From Podarcis tiliguerta (taxonomy: Eukaryota): 64,000 bases of DNA. The translations under genes and the position numbers were made by a program. The stretch lies in NCBI GenBank assembly GCA_965153285.1, contig OZ229123.1; one strand, 5' to 3'. The notes under the pieces are model-generated. The model did no database searches and was not told the origin of the DNA. It worked only from the letters and a program-made list of their open reading frames with translations. Positions 47,053 to 60,089 of this stretch are shown here, in pieces (the stretch's first letter is position 1; each line of letters opens with the position of its first letter).

Positions 47053-50000
47053 TGACTTGGTCATGCTGGCTGCATCAGCCAAAACAAAACAAACACAGTG
47101 GGGGGGGGGGGAGGATTTTCTTTAAAAAGTCACAACAGGACAGACATTCTTGGCCAACCCCCACCTTTCACTCGTAGTTGAGCCCCTCCAGAAAGCGAAG
47201 TCAAGGCAAAGAGCGAGCTCCGACTCCTATCTCCTTCCACTTCCCCAGCCTGGCCCCCACCCCCCAGTAAAGATTCAACACAAAGGCACAGCGAACAAAG
47301 AACGGCAGCCTCACCCAGAAAGAGGCCATCTTTGAACTCTGGCGGACGTGGAGAAGGAAAGGATGGGCGATGCAGAGCCCTGGGACGGCCAAGACTGTGC
47401 CTTCGGTCCTCCACTGCAGCTTGGTCCGCCGGATCATTGGCTCCAATCAGCCAACAGAGCAAGAGGGGACAAGAGGCGGGCTTTTCAGTATGCAAGCTTT
47501 GCGGGTATCACAGAGGCAGATGGTGCAGGAAGCTGCTCCAACACGCATCACCACCACCACCACCGAGTATGGGAGAAAAGGTCGAGCAAAAAGCGGTGGG
47601 CCATTTGATGTGTTGCAACGGCAAAGGATATGGATAGAGTGAAAAGAAAACAGCCCCGGTGGAGGCAGGAAGCTGAAAATCAGATTGCTAGGAGGGGAAA
47701 AGGAAGGAAAGGGCTGGGACAATGGAACAGCCCTGAAAAAACACAGTACTTTCTCAAACACGTACCAGAAACAGCTAACTGTGGAGCAAGAGATTGGGAC
47801 GCACGTTAGCAAGGAAGGCTGAGGAGCGGCCAGAGAGAACCTGCCCCAAACTTCCTCAAGCTAAGAGAGCAAGAACCTAAGAAGAGCCTGCTGGATCAGG
47901 CCCATGGCCCATCTCGGCCCAGTTCTCACAGATACCTGCAGAAAACCCACAAGTGGGATTTGAGTGCAAGAGTCATCTCCCCTCCTGTGGCTTCCAGGAA
48001 CTGGTATTCAGAAGCATTGTTGCCTCCACTGTAGAAGCAGAGCAGATCCATTGTGGCTAGTAGCCATCCATTGCCCCCCCCCCCGGTCCATGAATTTGAC
48101 TCATCGTCTTTTAAAACCATCACTGTCTCCTGTGAGAGGGAATTCCAGAATTTTGCTATGTGCTGCTGCCCTCCTGCTGTTTCGGACAACTCCCACCAGC
48201 CCCAGCCAGGTTGGGGAGGGCTGAACAAGAGCATGGCTATGCAAGTGGGGCCAGGGAGCAGAGGGCATTGCACCAGATTCAAATCTCCATCCAGTCAAGC
48301 GGCTGACTGGTGGCCTTGGGCAGCAGGGAGCCTGGCTAAAAGGCCATTTCACAGGGTAAAGGCCCCTAGTCCACCTGCAGAGGATTTTGTACCACAAAAG
48401 CCTCCCATAACCCAACGTTTTCATTCCACACTCTAGTGCCATTAGCCTCAACCACCAGAGAGACAGAGACAGGTCCAGGCGACAAGCAATGCCTATTTCA
48501 GGAACATCTGAAGGATACAAATGAGGAATAGGGTTATTTTCGTTCCTGTTATATAGGGCACTGCCAGAGGACAAAGGGCCAGTAAGAGACGGGAGAAAAG
48601 AGGCAACGGATTTCATGGCCATCTCACTCTCCTGGGAAACTGTAATTTATTTATTTAGATAATTTATTTGTTATACCAGGCTCTTCAACCAAAAAGGGTG
48701 GAACCTATCTTTTCTGCTCTGGAAACAGCTCCGCTGAACAGAACTGGATTTCATCCAAAGACCCCTTGCAGGAGTATATTCCATATCCTGGTTCCTGGGA
48801 GCTCAAGGTCATTGTTGTAAGAGGTGACATGACAGAAGTTTATAAAATTATCTATGGTGTGGAGAAAGTGGATAGTGTCCCCCCCACTCTTTCTCTCGTA
48901 GCCTGATCCAGGAGATTGCTCTTATATCCTTTAGGACCTGGACTCTGAAGTCTCCAGTTGCCCAGGACAGTGTGCAGAGAAATAGCTGAGGAACGTTGCA
49001 GCTTGTGCTTGCTGACCTCCAGTTGGTGTTAAGAGGAAGGACTAAGAATGCAAGTTCTGCAGAAAACACACATCCCATTCTCTCTAGCTGCCCTCTATCC
49101 CCAATCCAGCCACCCAAGGTACACCCTGACTGGGTTTACTTTGGGCTCGGAGGACGCTCCATTCCTGAGGCACTGTAAACCACTGTTCAACACATTATGG
49201 GCCACCTACTAGCAGACAATCATGGTTACGAACCTCCACCCACATAGAACCCCTTTTGCAGCCCACTCTTTTGAATTCACCACTCATGGCAAGAACGCTT
49301 AAGCCCAGCTAATGATCTAGATACCCTCCATTATCTACTTGGTCCCGAGAAAACTCCCTTCTCAGGTGACCAAATCTGTAAGAGCTATCCACTTCTAAAC
49401 GACATTGTCCAAGGCCAATCAGGACAAAACCAGTCAATGAAATAAACAACTCTTTGACTTTTAGAAGACATTTGAAGGCAGGCCTGTATAGGGAAGTCTT
49501 AAGGCTTTATGTTTTATTGTGTTTTTAGTATTTTGGCAGGAGCAGCCCAGAATGGCTGGGGCAACCCAGTCAGATGGGTGGCATATAAATAATAAAAATT
49601 TTATTATTATAATTAAGAACACAGATTGTTTCAGTCCTTGTTAGCTTCACTGCCCCCCTCCTCTTCTCACATGGCCTTTCACCTTTTTCAATAAGCCCTT
49701 TCTGCAGCTGCTGCTCATACATTAGGTCAACATTCCCCAACCTTGTGCTCCCCAGATGTTTTGAACTGAAAGCCCCATCAGTCCCAGATAGGCTGGCTTG
49801 CTGTCCAGAACATCTGGAGGGCAGCAGGCTGGAGAAAGCTGTTAGGTGATAACTTGTTTGCTACTTGTGCCCTTGCCACCTCCCAAAATGTAGCCTCGCC
49901 ACCAATATTTGCACATTGCTCTCTCACCACCCTGCTCCCAGATCACCATTTAGGTGATCTTAAGTGCCTCTTTCCCAAACCTGTTTGCTCATGTACAGCC

Positions 50001-50104
50001 CAGTGCATTGCATGGGGCCCTGAGGATCCTTTCCAACTCTACATTTATATGACTCTACTATGCATGGCTGGAATAAAACCACATTTTGTGTATGGTTTTG
50101 CAAG

Positions 50105-50151
50105 CAGCAAAACACACCCGTCTTTTAACAGTTGAAATAGAAAAGTTTATT
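50105..50151 (-). terminator. MORF4L1 polyadenylation signal
   Basis: AATAAA at 50151-50146 (minus strand) followed by GU-rich GGGTGTGTTTTG; implies a 3' UTR of about 750 nt. Confidence 0.7.
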
Positions 50152-50886
50152 TGGGGACCTGTAAACATCCCCTACCAAAAAAAAAAAAAAAACCATTTCA
50201 GAAAACTTGTGAGACACAATGGCAAATCCGTCCTATGTTAGAAGGTGCATTTGAACCCAAGACAAAAGTTAACCCCACAATTCTTCAGCTATGCAGGCAA
50301 AGAACACAGACTTAAACCCACACATTTTTACCCTCCCAACACCAAGAAAGCACATGAACTCCCCCTCCCCACCCTGTCCCTCCCCTCCCAAGCTGCAAGT
50401 AGACATCTGCGTTTGGTCCTCCCCACTTGGTTGGAAGCAAGAGTTTGTTTGCTTGTTTTGAAGGGGTTGGGGGATGGAAGAGGATGACAACACACCATCA
50501 AACCATCATCAGCTTGGTTTCAAGAGGAAAAAAATGGGCCTAAAAGCATGCAGGAGGCTCAAGACTATGAAACGTTTCGTCACATTTCCAGCACCACATT
50601 CCAACACCAAAATCGATCCAATGACACGCTCCGGGAGGCTCTCCCCTTGAAAGAGATCCGTCTGAAGGAAAAGCGACCTTGGGGCGTGGGGGCGGCAACA
50701 GTTCCATCTGAAGACACAAAACACTATTCACTTGACACGGATGTCAGCTGTGCGGAAAGACGTGTGCAAGAGGAGACCGTGAGCAGACGTGGAACCGGGC
50801 AGGTCTGCTGCAGAGACCCAAGGATCCCTTCCAGTGATGCACACACTCATACACACACGCACACACACACCATGAGTGTGAGAAGC

Positions 50887-50971
50887 TTACACAGCTTTCC
50901 GATGATACTCCGGAGGTGCAACTTCATAGTCGCTCGCGCTGAACAGCGTGGAAGAGTTCTTTGCTAGGTAC
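50887..50971 (-). CDS. MORF4L1: MORF4L1 last coding exon (YLAKNSSTLFSASDYEVAPPEYHRKAV*)
   Basis: CAG acceptor, TAA stop at 50889-50887; MRG15 C-terminus. Confidence 0.97.
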
Positions 50972-51313
50972 CTGCAGACGGGGAAGGAAGGGGAAGGAAA
51001 CAGGCTTGAATCTCAGATGGAAGCCAAGAGGTTGGGCTTAGTGATATATATATATAGAGAGAGAGAGTGTTGATAACCCTAAGATGTATGGGCAGTAAAA
51101 GAAAGTGTTGAAAGGGTGCCCCAGCTGACCCACCCAGTCTTTGGAAACCTTATAAGAAGCTGTGCAATAGAGGAGCTTCTAGGACCAAGGTGAAACTGAC
51201 AACTCCCTTGTTATTTTTGTTGTTAGGTGTTATTAATGTAATCTTATTATAGTACTGAAATGTTGTTTTGCATGTTGTTATATTTACTGTTGTGGGAAAG
51301 CGCCATACAAATA

Positions 51314-51746
51314 CCGTATTTTCCCGTGTATAAGACGACGCTTTTTGCTTTAAAAAAAAAGGCAAAAATTGGGTGTCGTCTTATACACGGATAGTGAATG
51401 CAGGGGGGGGACGTGCAATTAACGGCAGCAGCAAGCAGGAGATTGGCAGCAGCGATTGGGCGGGTGATTGGTGACTGTGGCAAGGCCTACTGGCGATTGG
51501 CTGTGGCAACTGGGCAGGCGATTGGCGGTTGTGGCAAGTGGGCGGGTGGGCTGTTGGTGGAGGCGAACGGGCAGGCAATTGGCTGTGGGAAGGTGTGCGA
51601 TTTGCAGTGGCTGTGGGAAGCGATTGGCAGTGGTGGGCAGGCGGGTGAGCAATTGGTGGAAGTGACCTCCCCCCCCCCCAAAAAAAAGCTAAAAAACTTA
51701 ATTTCTTAATTTTGGGTTAAAAAAAAATAGGGGGCATCTTATAAAT
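51314..51746. mobile_element. Tc1/mariner-type MITE with internal GATTGG repeats, right end degraded
   Basis: TA + CCGTATTTTCCCGTGTATAAGACGAC terminus; sub-terminal inverted copy GTCGTCTTATACACGG. Confidence 0.65.
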
Positions 51747-52514
51747 GATGGCAGACGGATGGGTTTGGGGAGAGGATGTTGCAAAAGAGTCAAGCTGTCT
51801 GAAGAAGTGTGAAGGAACCTCCTAACACTGATAGATGTTTCTTTGGCCCTGTTCCTCCTTAGTTCTTGTTGTGGATGTTACTTTTGCTTTGTCCCATAAG
51901 GCCATTGCCTAGTCATCACCCGACTAACGCTCTACACGTGTAAAGCTAAAGTGAGGGAATGCCTCTACATAAGCCTGTTTAATTTATAGGCCTGTGGACT
52001 CCACTTCTGTGTTGTTCTGACCAAGCCATCTCAGACATCACAACTGAGTGTGGTTGATTTAAGAAAATCCACAACAGTGTCCAATCTTGGTCTTATTGTG
52101 TTAGCTCGGCATTGCAAGGAATGTAGAGACAGGCATACAAACCCAGCTCACAGCTCCATCACATGCTTCCCCTCAGCCCCACAAGCCCTCCTCTTGCACT
52201 ATTTTGTAGAACTAGGACAGAAAGCCAGAACACCCCTGGGTCGTGCCTTTAAGCAAGGAGGAAAGGAAAGCTCAACTGCTCACCCAGGCAGACAGAAACC
52301 TCTAAACCTACACAGGTACCGCTTCAAACTAACTCACACAGAAATCTAGCATGTCAGAGAGAAGGATGCTGGCATCACCTCCTCTCCAAAAACGATGTTT
52401 TTTCATATTCAATTATCTCTTTTCCTCCCCACTTGTGGGAGGAAACATTTCCACCTGCCCATATGAAGTGGCAGAGTTATGCTATGACTTTAGACAGAAG
52501 CAGAGCAAATCCTA

Positions 52515-52718
52515 GCCAGTATGTTAATGTGCCAGATTAGGATCTGGGAGACCAGAGTTAAAATCCCCACTCAGCCATGAAGTTCACTGGGTGACCTTGG
52601 GCTGGTCACTTACTCTCAGCCTAACCTACCTCACAGGGTTGTTGTCAGTATAAAATGGGAAGCATGAGAACTATGTAAGCACCATGAGCTCCTTGGAGGG
52701 CAGGTGTGATACAAACAT

Positions 52719-52722
<4 letters not shown>
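52515..52722 (+). mobile_element. Squam3-like SINE with (TAAAC/TAAAT)n tail to about 52777
   Basis: Family motifs as above. Confidence 0.7.
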
Positions 52723-52750
<28 letters not shown>

Positions 52751-53247
52751 TAAATTAAATATTAAATTAAATTAAAATAGAAATTCCCAAATGGCTCACT
52801 GCCTGTTGCAACAAAAACAAGGGGGCTTGTGGCACTCAGAAGGATTTGAATTGGATTCAGAAGCTCTGCAAGGGGGCAGATTGTGTTAGCGGCAAAAGTT
52901 TGTGGCACAGCAGTAGACTAGGTCAGATCACTAGGGTGGATCCATTAAGGGCTTGCTGTATCTATGCCGCCTCTCAAAAGCCTGAAAAAAATGCCACACT
53001 TCTCTAAGGAAATCCATGGAACTAAGAGACCACGGAAGAGGACTTCTAATCCTGTCCCATCATCCATCAACATTTCAGCTTGCCAAGAGATAAAAGCACA
53101 GCTCCTTGTATCACGCTAGAAGGAAGAAGAGCCCTGGAGGTGCCCACAACCCCCATGCAAACATCTTTGCATGAAACACAAACTCTCACAAGGACCAAGG
53201 TGCCTCTCTCAACTCGGCAGATATCAAACGCGATCCATTGTACATAC

Positions 53248-53332
53248 TTTAGAAAATCGTGCAAGTAGTTCAACAGCAAGGCCAGACTCTTCTCGTCCAA
53301 GGGCGTGTAAGCGAGCATGGCTCCGATCCGGA
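53248..53332 (-). CDS. MORF4L1: MORF4L1 exon (RIGAMLAYTPLDEKSLALLLNYLHDFL)
   Basis: CAG acceptor, GTATGT donor, 85 nt. Confidence 0.97.
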
Positions 53333-54633
53333 CTGTTCAGACGGTAATTTAAGGACAAGGGAGAAGACAACGTTAAGGGAAGCATTTGCACAATTCATAA
53401 AATTCACCAGCTCTATTTCCAGTTGAGTTGTCCAGCCATCACATCATACAGGTCATGACTGCAGCTGCCTTTTGAAAGTGACACATTAGTGATCCTAAAG
53501 CAGAGATGAAGTTTCAGGGATGCCTGGAAAGCCTCCTGGGTCAGAAACAAGTGAGGAAGCATTTTGGAACACAGTGAAGAGTAGCACTGAGGGGAACTGA
53601 GGGTTATGAAAGGTCCACTTAGTAGGTGCTGCTAACCCCCAATATAGCCTGGGCAGTTTTGTCTAGCACAGTGGCTGGTACCACCCTCCGGGGGTGGCGA
53701 CATTATCTAGAGGGGTGCTAAGAGGCAAGGGGGTGCTGGAGGTGTAAATGGCTGTCAGGCTTTGAAAAGCTGGTCTCAGTGGATCATGTTCATCCATTTA
53801 GTTGAATTAAACTAAATAGTTTCAATTGGATATTGGAAAATTACACAGTCACTGTTTTAAATTTGTTTGTGTTATCTTCCTTAGTGGGTCTTGCAAACTG
53901 CTATCCTGAGCAATTCTTTTTATAGGGCAGGGGGCACTGGGGGTAAGTTTATGGAACCAAGGGGGCAGCAGCTCCCCAAAGTTTGGTCTAATAGAATGAT
54001 GCACCAGGATGGGGATCTCGCTGAATATTCTGCAACTCATCCTACACTGCCCACAGCACTAGAAATGATTAAAGGAAGCAAAGGTATTTCGTATCTTGGG
54101 GCTGGAGGCTTCCACCCAAAGGAGAGCAATGCAGCCTCATTTATGGGGAAATCACACCACATGCTCACTCACATGAACTTCTGCAGTGATGCCACCCTAC
54201 ACCCTGGGCCTCCAATAGCTCTTTGTGTTCAACTCTCAATTTTCCCCAACATATTTCTTATGTCCGTTATAATTCCCCCCCTGATTCAATAAATTGCTTT
54301 GTGCAGCTTTAAGGTGGGTTCAAAAACAAGATGAATGCTGCACCTGTGAAGGAGCAGGACATGCATACCAGAAAGAGACAGCCTCATTTGTCAGCTAAGA
54401 AGCGGCTTCCACTGTCATTTAAAAGAACAGCCTCCTCATAAAAGTGCTGCAGCCACATTTGTAAAATGTGGCTGCTCCAAACCTTTCAAACTACAGCTCC
54501 CAGAAACCTCAGGCACATGGCTGTGCTCCCATCAGGCCTCAGCATGCTGCCCAGGACTGGTGGGAGTTGCAGTCCAAAGCGACGGTTATCAGGTTGGGAA
54601 AAGCCTTTTGTGTCCCACAAACTATGTACATAC

Positions 54634-54806
54634 CAAAGAGCCGCAGGAGGTGGGGAGCTCCGTACACCTGTGACATCGGTGCATCAGGGTGGTCCGCTAA
54701 GATTTCTGCGTACTGCGGCCTCTCAAATTTATAGAGCAGCTGAGTGCCCAGCATGACGTTGAAGTACTCTTTGATGCCTGCCACAACTTCGTTAACAGCA
54801 TATTCT
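54634..54806 (-). CDS. MORF4L1: MORF4L1 exon ([32 protein letters not shown]...GAPHLLRLF)
   Basis: CAG acceptor, GTATGT donor, 173 nt; within ORF 54539..54820. Confidence 0.97.
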
Positions 54807-56214
54807 CTGGTGCACAGCAAGAAAAATGCAGGGTTAGCAACAGCCAGAAGAAGAATTCGTTATTAATTATTATTAATATTTCATTTATACCCCACCCATC
54901 TCTCCGGACAGCATACAGCATATATAAAAACACAATAAAACATCAAACATTAAAAACTTCCCAATACAGGACTGCCTTCTGATGTCTTCTAAAAGTTGTC
55001 TAGTTCTTTATCTCATTGACATCTGAAGGGAAGGCGTTCCACGGGGGGTGGGGGGTGCAAATGGACATGGCCACCAAACCCTCCTGCTCTGGGAATTCTA
55101 GCTGTCACCTCATTTCCTGCTGACCTCCATCTGTGCACATCTGCAGAGTGTTCTCAGCAGCTGGGAACCTCCAATTCCCACCATCCCTGGCTGTGCTGGC
55201 AGCTGAAGCCTAACAACATCTGGAGGGCCACAGATATTCTCCACCCCCTGGTGTTATCTGCTCTGCTCCCAGGCTGGCCTCTGCATAAGAACATAAGAAA
55301 AGCCTGCTGTTCCCCAGCATCCTGTTCTCACAGTGGCCAACCAGATGCCTGTGGGAACCAAGCTACAGACCTTCGGGCATGGACATCATCCCATCCCCTT
55401 TTGTGCGTATCAGAAGCCTATCTTAGCAATAAGCAGTTTGTGGGGGACATGTGTAAGTGCGTGCATAAAATAATGAGCCTGCAGGCAGGGCTATTGCTTT
55501 TTTTAAAAAAATTAAAGAGCACCTAGAATTTTTTTTGACACTACACAAATAATCTTTTCTCACAGTAGGGGGCTTCAACACCCCTAAGGAAGGTGCCTTG
55601 ATTGTCACAGCCTCCTGGCCTTCACAGCAACCTTGAAACTGGGCAGTCACATTCTGGACTAACTTTTTTGCACAAAGCAGGATTCTGGTGACACTGCGAT
55701 TGGCGTATTACCACGCTTTTGCCATGATTGGGCTATTGCCAGATCAAGGCTGGGTTGGACCCAGTCGCCCTCTTCAGCACGGCAGAGAGAGCTTGTTCGG
55801 ATGGCCTCAGAGCATTACAAATTCAGTTGTGTCCCAGAATGCTCCAGGAAATGTTTCAGGATATTACAGTGGGGGTAAACTCTGTAAAATCCCTTTGTGG
55901 ATAAATGGAGTCAGGCGTTCAATGGGTCAATTGGCCAGGGTCGCTGCCTGGCACCCTCTTCCTCCAGGTTCCCACAAAGCAAGCCCCCAAATACTTTACC
56001 TCAAACAGGGCTGGGGGAAAAGAGAACTACTGAATTAGGTGGTAAGATTACTTGAGGCATGGCTGCAAAAAAACCCCAAACCCTCATGCTGAATTTGAGC
56101 CAACCTTCCTGCAGGACTGGAAGGGGGTATTCAAGATAGAACAAGTGAAAGAAATATAAACACACTAAGCTGCTTTGAACAGCTGTGCAGCACATACATG
56201 TCTCATGCAAATAG

Positions 56215-56425
56215 AGCCAGTGCGGCAAAACAGTTGGGTATCAAACCAGGACCTGAAAGAGCAGGGTTTGAATCCCCCACTCAGACATGAAGCTCACTGC
56301 GTGCCCTTGAGCCAGCCACTAGGTTGTTGTGGGAATTAAATGGTGGTGGGGGGGGGGCAGCAAGTAGAACCATATATACCACCTTAGGCTCCTTGGAAGA
56401 AAAGAGGGTATATAAATGTAATAAA
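56215..56425 (+). mobile_element. Squam3-like SINE
   Basis: Family motifs as above. Confidence 0.6.
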
Positions 56426-56536
56426 CAAAGAGAGTTTGAGGTCAGCCTCCTCATATCAAAGGACCAATACTTTTGGTTAGAAATACTCCACAATGGGCCC
56501 TTCTCATGTGCCCCCACAACCACCACCCCTCCTCAC

Positions 56537-56625
56537 TTGTTATCAGTGTTCCCTCGCGACTTCTTGTAGTTTGCGTAGTCTTCCAAAATGGAGTCAACGT
56601 TTTTCTTGGCAGGAAGGTAGAAGAG
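56537..56625 (-). CDS. MORF4L1: MORF4L1 exon (LFYLPAKKNVDSILEDYANYKKSRGNTDN)
   Basis: TAG acceptor, GTGAG donor, 89 nt. Confidence 0.96.
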
Positions 56626-57202
56626 CTACGGAAGAAAGCGAGAGGCGCCTAAGCCAGAACAAAAAAGACTGGAGACTGGTGCAACTCCATGGAACCTCTT
56701 CTTTCAAATTGGAAGAAACTTGCACCTCCTTTGCAACCACAAGATGGCAAGGCTAAAAGTAGCTAACTAGCCTACAAGGGAAAACCCCACTATGGTTTTT
56801 AGAAGTATAATCTGCGGGAGCCATCAAGGGCCACCAGGTTTTCCACCTGCCTTCGAGCAACCCGCTGCCTGGGACCTCGTAAGGCAAAGATGCTTCTTAC
56901 ATATTCTTGCCTTCTCTTAATATTTCTGTAGGGAATGTTTTTTGCCTTTTTGGAAGGTACACGGATGTGTTTCGTTTGTAATACTGCTGAAACATTTTGA
57001 AATTCTATCAATTGGAGTTCCATTATTGTATTTTTATGTGTCGATTTAGTCTTGGGAGCTTGGGAGTCTTTGGGATTTAGTCTTTTTGGCTGAAAGGCGG
57101 CTTACAAACAAACCATAATATCCCATTACCTAACAACCAACTCAGGTTACTGCAGGTGCTTAAAAATAAGCAGTCCATTTAGTAACACAATTTCAGAGTT
57201 AC

Positions 57203-57304
57203 CTGCTTTTGCCGGGTGATCAAATCCCAGTCATCCACAAGCCACGGTTTCAGCTCCTCGGGTATTTTTACCTTGACTTCAACCCTGTTCATAAAAGTCT
57301 CCTC
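57203..57304 (-). CDS. MORF4L1: MORF4L1 exon ([34 protein letters not shown]), start of the MRG domain
   Basis: CAG acceptor, GT donor, 102 nt; within ORF 57179..57385. Confidence 0.97.
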
Positions 57305-57679
57305 CTGAAGAATAAAAGACACAAGTCCTGCATTCGGATACTGGCACCAAGCAAAGCACATTGGCAAAAGAACAGAAAAGGGCATTTATTTATTATTTTT
57401 TACAGTGTATCAGTGAATTTAACAATATTGCATCTCTGTATTCAGATCCAATGTATAGCAAGATCCAAGGAACTGAGAACAGACCTTGGCACTGTAACGG
57501 CAGGACACAACTATTCAGAAGCTGGCGCAAGGAAGAAAACCTCAGTCGTCTATTGCCAGCCCTATAGAGAAGGCTGCCAAGTGTTTCTTGTGGTTCCATG
57601 AGGACACTTACAAAGTTTCAAGGAGTTGCAAAATATGTTCATTGCCACTCGATACAAGCATTCACATATTCCCACAAGC

Positions 57680-58320
57680 TGCATTTATTATTTGTTTCAT
57701 AAAATTTATACACTTCTTGATCGTAAAAAAAGAAAAGAAACCACGTATCAAAGCAGTTTACAAAAATATAAAACGATCAAGAAGAATTAGCAGCAATAAT
57801 TTAAGACTTTTGAAAAGTTTAAATAACAATTGACCAAAAGCAGATTAAAATTCACACCAGCATTCAATTTATCTGTGTAGGTTTGTCTAAGCAAAAATGT
57901 TTTTAACATGCGTTGAAACAGTACAGTGAAGGCACCAGCCTAGTGTCAAGTGGCAGGGAGTTCCAAAGTGTAAATCCTGCCACACTAAGAGAGTTTTTAC
58001 AAATGTGGAACACATATTATGTGGCACATGTAACAGCAGTTCCACTGATCAAAGCAGTAAATTGGGCGTATATGGTGTACGGAGATATTGCTGGTAAATT
58101 GGTCCCAAGTTGTTAAGGGCTTTGTATACTAATAACAACACCTTGAACTTGGGCTGGTAGTAAATTGGCAACCAATGCAGATCTCTGAGCACAGGTGTAT
58201 ATGCAGACAAGGCCTCACTCATGTCAGCAATCGTGCTGCAGCATTCTGCACTAACTGCAGCTTCCAGATCAAGGGCAAAAGAAATCCCACGCAGAGTGAC
58301 TTGCAGTAATCCAATACTGA
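57680..58320 (-). mobile_element. L2 LINE 3' fragment
   Basis: ORF 58049..58354 TPVLRDLHWLPI..KFKVLLLVYKALNNLGP is the L2 ORF2 C-terminal signature. Confidence 0.8.
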
Positions 58321-58507
58321 AGTAAGGGATTTGAAAAAAAAATATTATTGCCATCTAACCCCCTTCCTTGTGAAGTTGCCCAAAGGCTGAGATGGATCCA
58401 AAACATCTTGGATATTGTTTCTTTTTTTAAGACTAGCAACCTGTGTAATGACTGCAACCCAACAAGGGGAACTCTACCTAGAGTCCCAGACAGTCCAAAA
58501 TACTTAC

Positions 58508-58596
58508 ACTTTCAACAGTGGGATCTACACGAGCCCTTTTCTTCCTGGGAGGCTGAGGGTTTTCATTAGTGCTGCTGCCTTCACCGATTCCAGGAG
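58508..58596 (-). CDS. MORF4L1: MORF4L1 exon (PGIGEGSSTNENPQPPRKKRARVDPTVES), basic NLS-like
   Basis: TAG acceptor, GTAAGT donor, 89 nt. Confidence 0.95.
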
Positions 58597-59570
58597 CTAC
58601 ACAAACAGGCAAGGGAATCACTGTTGTGGTTTTAGCTAAACATTTTACACAGGTGGCAGTTCACACACAACACACACTTGCGGAAGGGGTCTACTGGACA
58701 GAACCAGAAATCAGACACACACACACACTGTACCCCAATGTTGTGGCAGCCCCTTTAAAATAGTCACTGGGATCCCAGATGCAAACCTCATTTTTTAAGT
58801 TGCTCAGCAGTGCTAAGAACTGTTTTGGGGGTAGCTCCAATGTCTTGAGTTAATTGAACTGATTACGAACTTTTTGATTGACTTAAAGATGCATCCAATT
58901 GATTGGGCAATGCTTTTTAAGAAGTGTTACATTAAAACTTTTAATACTAGCAGGCACGAAAAAAGACTTTCCCTCTCTTATGTATGAAGGAAAAACCCTG
59001 CTTCAAGCAAAACCTTTTTAAAAATAAAAAATTAAAAAGTAACTATTGTTTCATTCAGGGCAGGCCATATTCAATAGTCTAGACATGCAGATTTAATCTG
59101 GTAGCTGATCAAAACTCAACTGAGACTTCTAGGGCTGCCACCTGATTAGAGTAGTTTTTATCACCCAATGCAATTAACTGCTTTTTTCTCCTTCCCCTTT
59201 TATTTTTCTTAAGATACCAATATAAAAATTTTCAAGTTCTAGCAGGATGTGCATTATAGTAGGGCTGCCTTTTAATGTTTGTTCGTATTTATGTAGAGTG
59301 GGCAGCTTTGAATAAATTACTGCATCAAAATAACAACAGCAGAGAAAAAATTGCCTCCAAGTAACTAATTGGAAGTACTACTGCTGCTGCTCCCGGATTC
59401 TAGGAGCTAAGATTTTGGAGCCAACACACTGGGAGGGCCATCTTTTCCTTAACCCTTTTTGCTCTTACAAAAGTAAGGTGGGGCCTGGGGAGAAATGTTG
59501 GCAAAACATTGAAAATCTAGAAGAACGTCATGCTAGATAAGAGTGGGCAACTCAAAAGAGGTGCTCTTAC

Positions 59571-59596
59571 TTTTCTGTTTGTTCTTTTTGGTCTTC
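59571..59596 (-). CDS. MORF4L1: MORF4L1 micro-exon (KTKKNKQK)
   Basis: CAG acceptor, GTAAG donor, 26 nt. Confidence 0.93.
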
Positions 59597-60089
59597 CTGC
59601 CAAAGGGAAAAGAGACACTGTTATTGCACATGTAAAGCAAGTATAACGCCAGCACTTTTTTTTAAAAAAAGTTCCTTCTTCTAAGCCCAATCACTTGATC
59701 TGTAAGGGACTGACCAAGCCACAAAGCGCAAGGCCCATTGTTGAAAGGAACGTCATCCACGCAGGACAATTCAAGGTGCTTAGGCCTAATACGGAAAGGA
59801 CAGGCTTTGGCATATGTAGAAGCTGCATTCCCAGCATTTGCTAAAATAAAGGAAGAGCTACGTGCTTTAAATTTTCCGCAAAGCTAGTATCCTTCCCCCG
59901 TGACCAGCCATACCTGCAGCTGCAAAGGCACACCAGAAATGTACACTGCCTTAAAAAAAATAAGGTGTAGAAGCAGCCTCTTTCACCCCACCCTAATAGC
60001 TGGAAGCATGGCAGACCAGCCAACCACCTGTCTTCATGATTTATAAAAAAGCACAGCTACAATTCTCATCGACATCTGAAAAGGTTAGA

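Noticed and set aside
48101-48622. 173-aa minus-strand ORF and other 60-170 aa intronic or intergenic ORFs
   Set aside because: No domain similarity, partly overlapping repeats, and lengths expected by chance.
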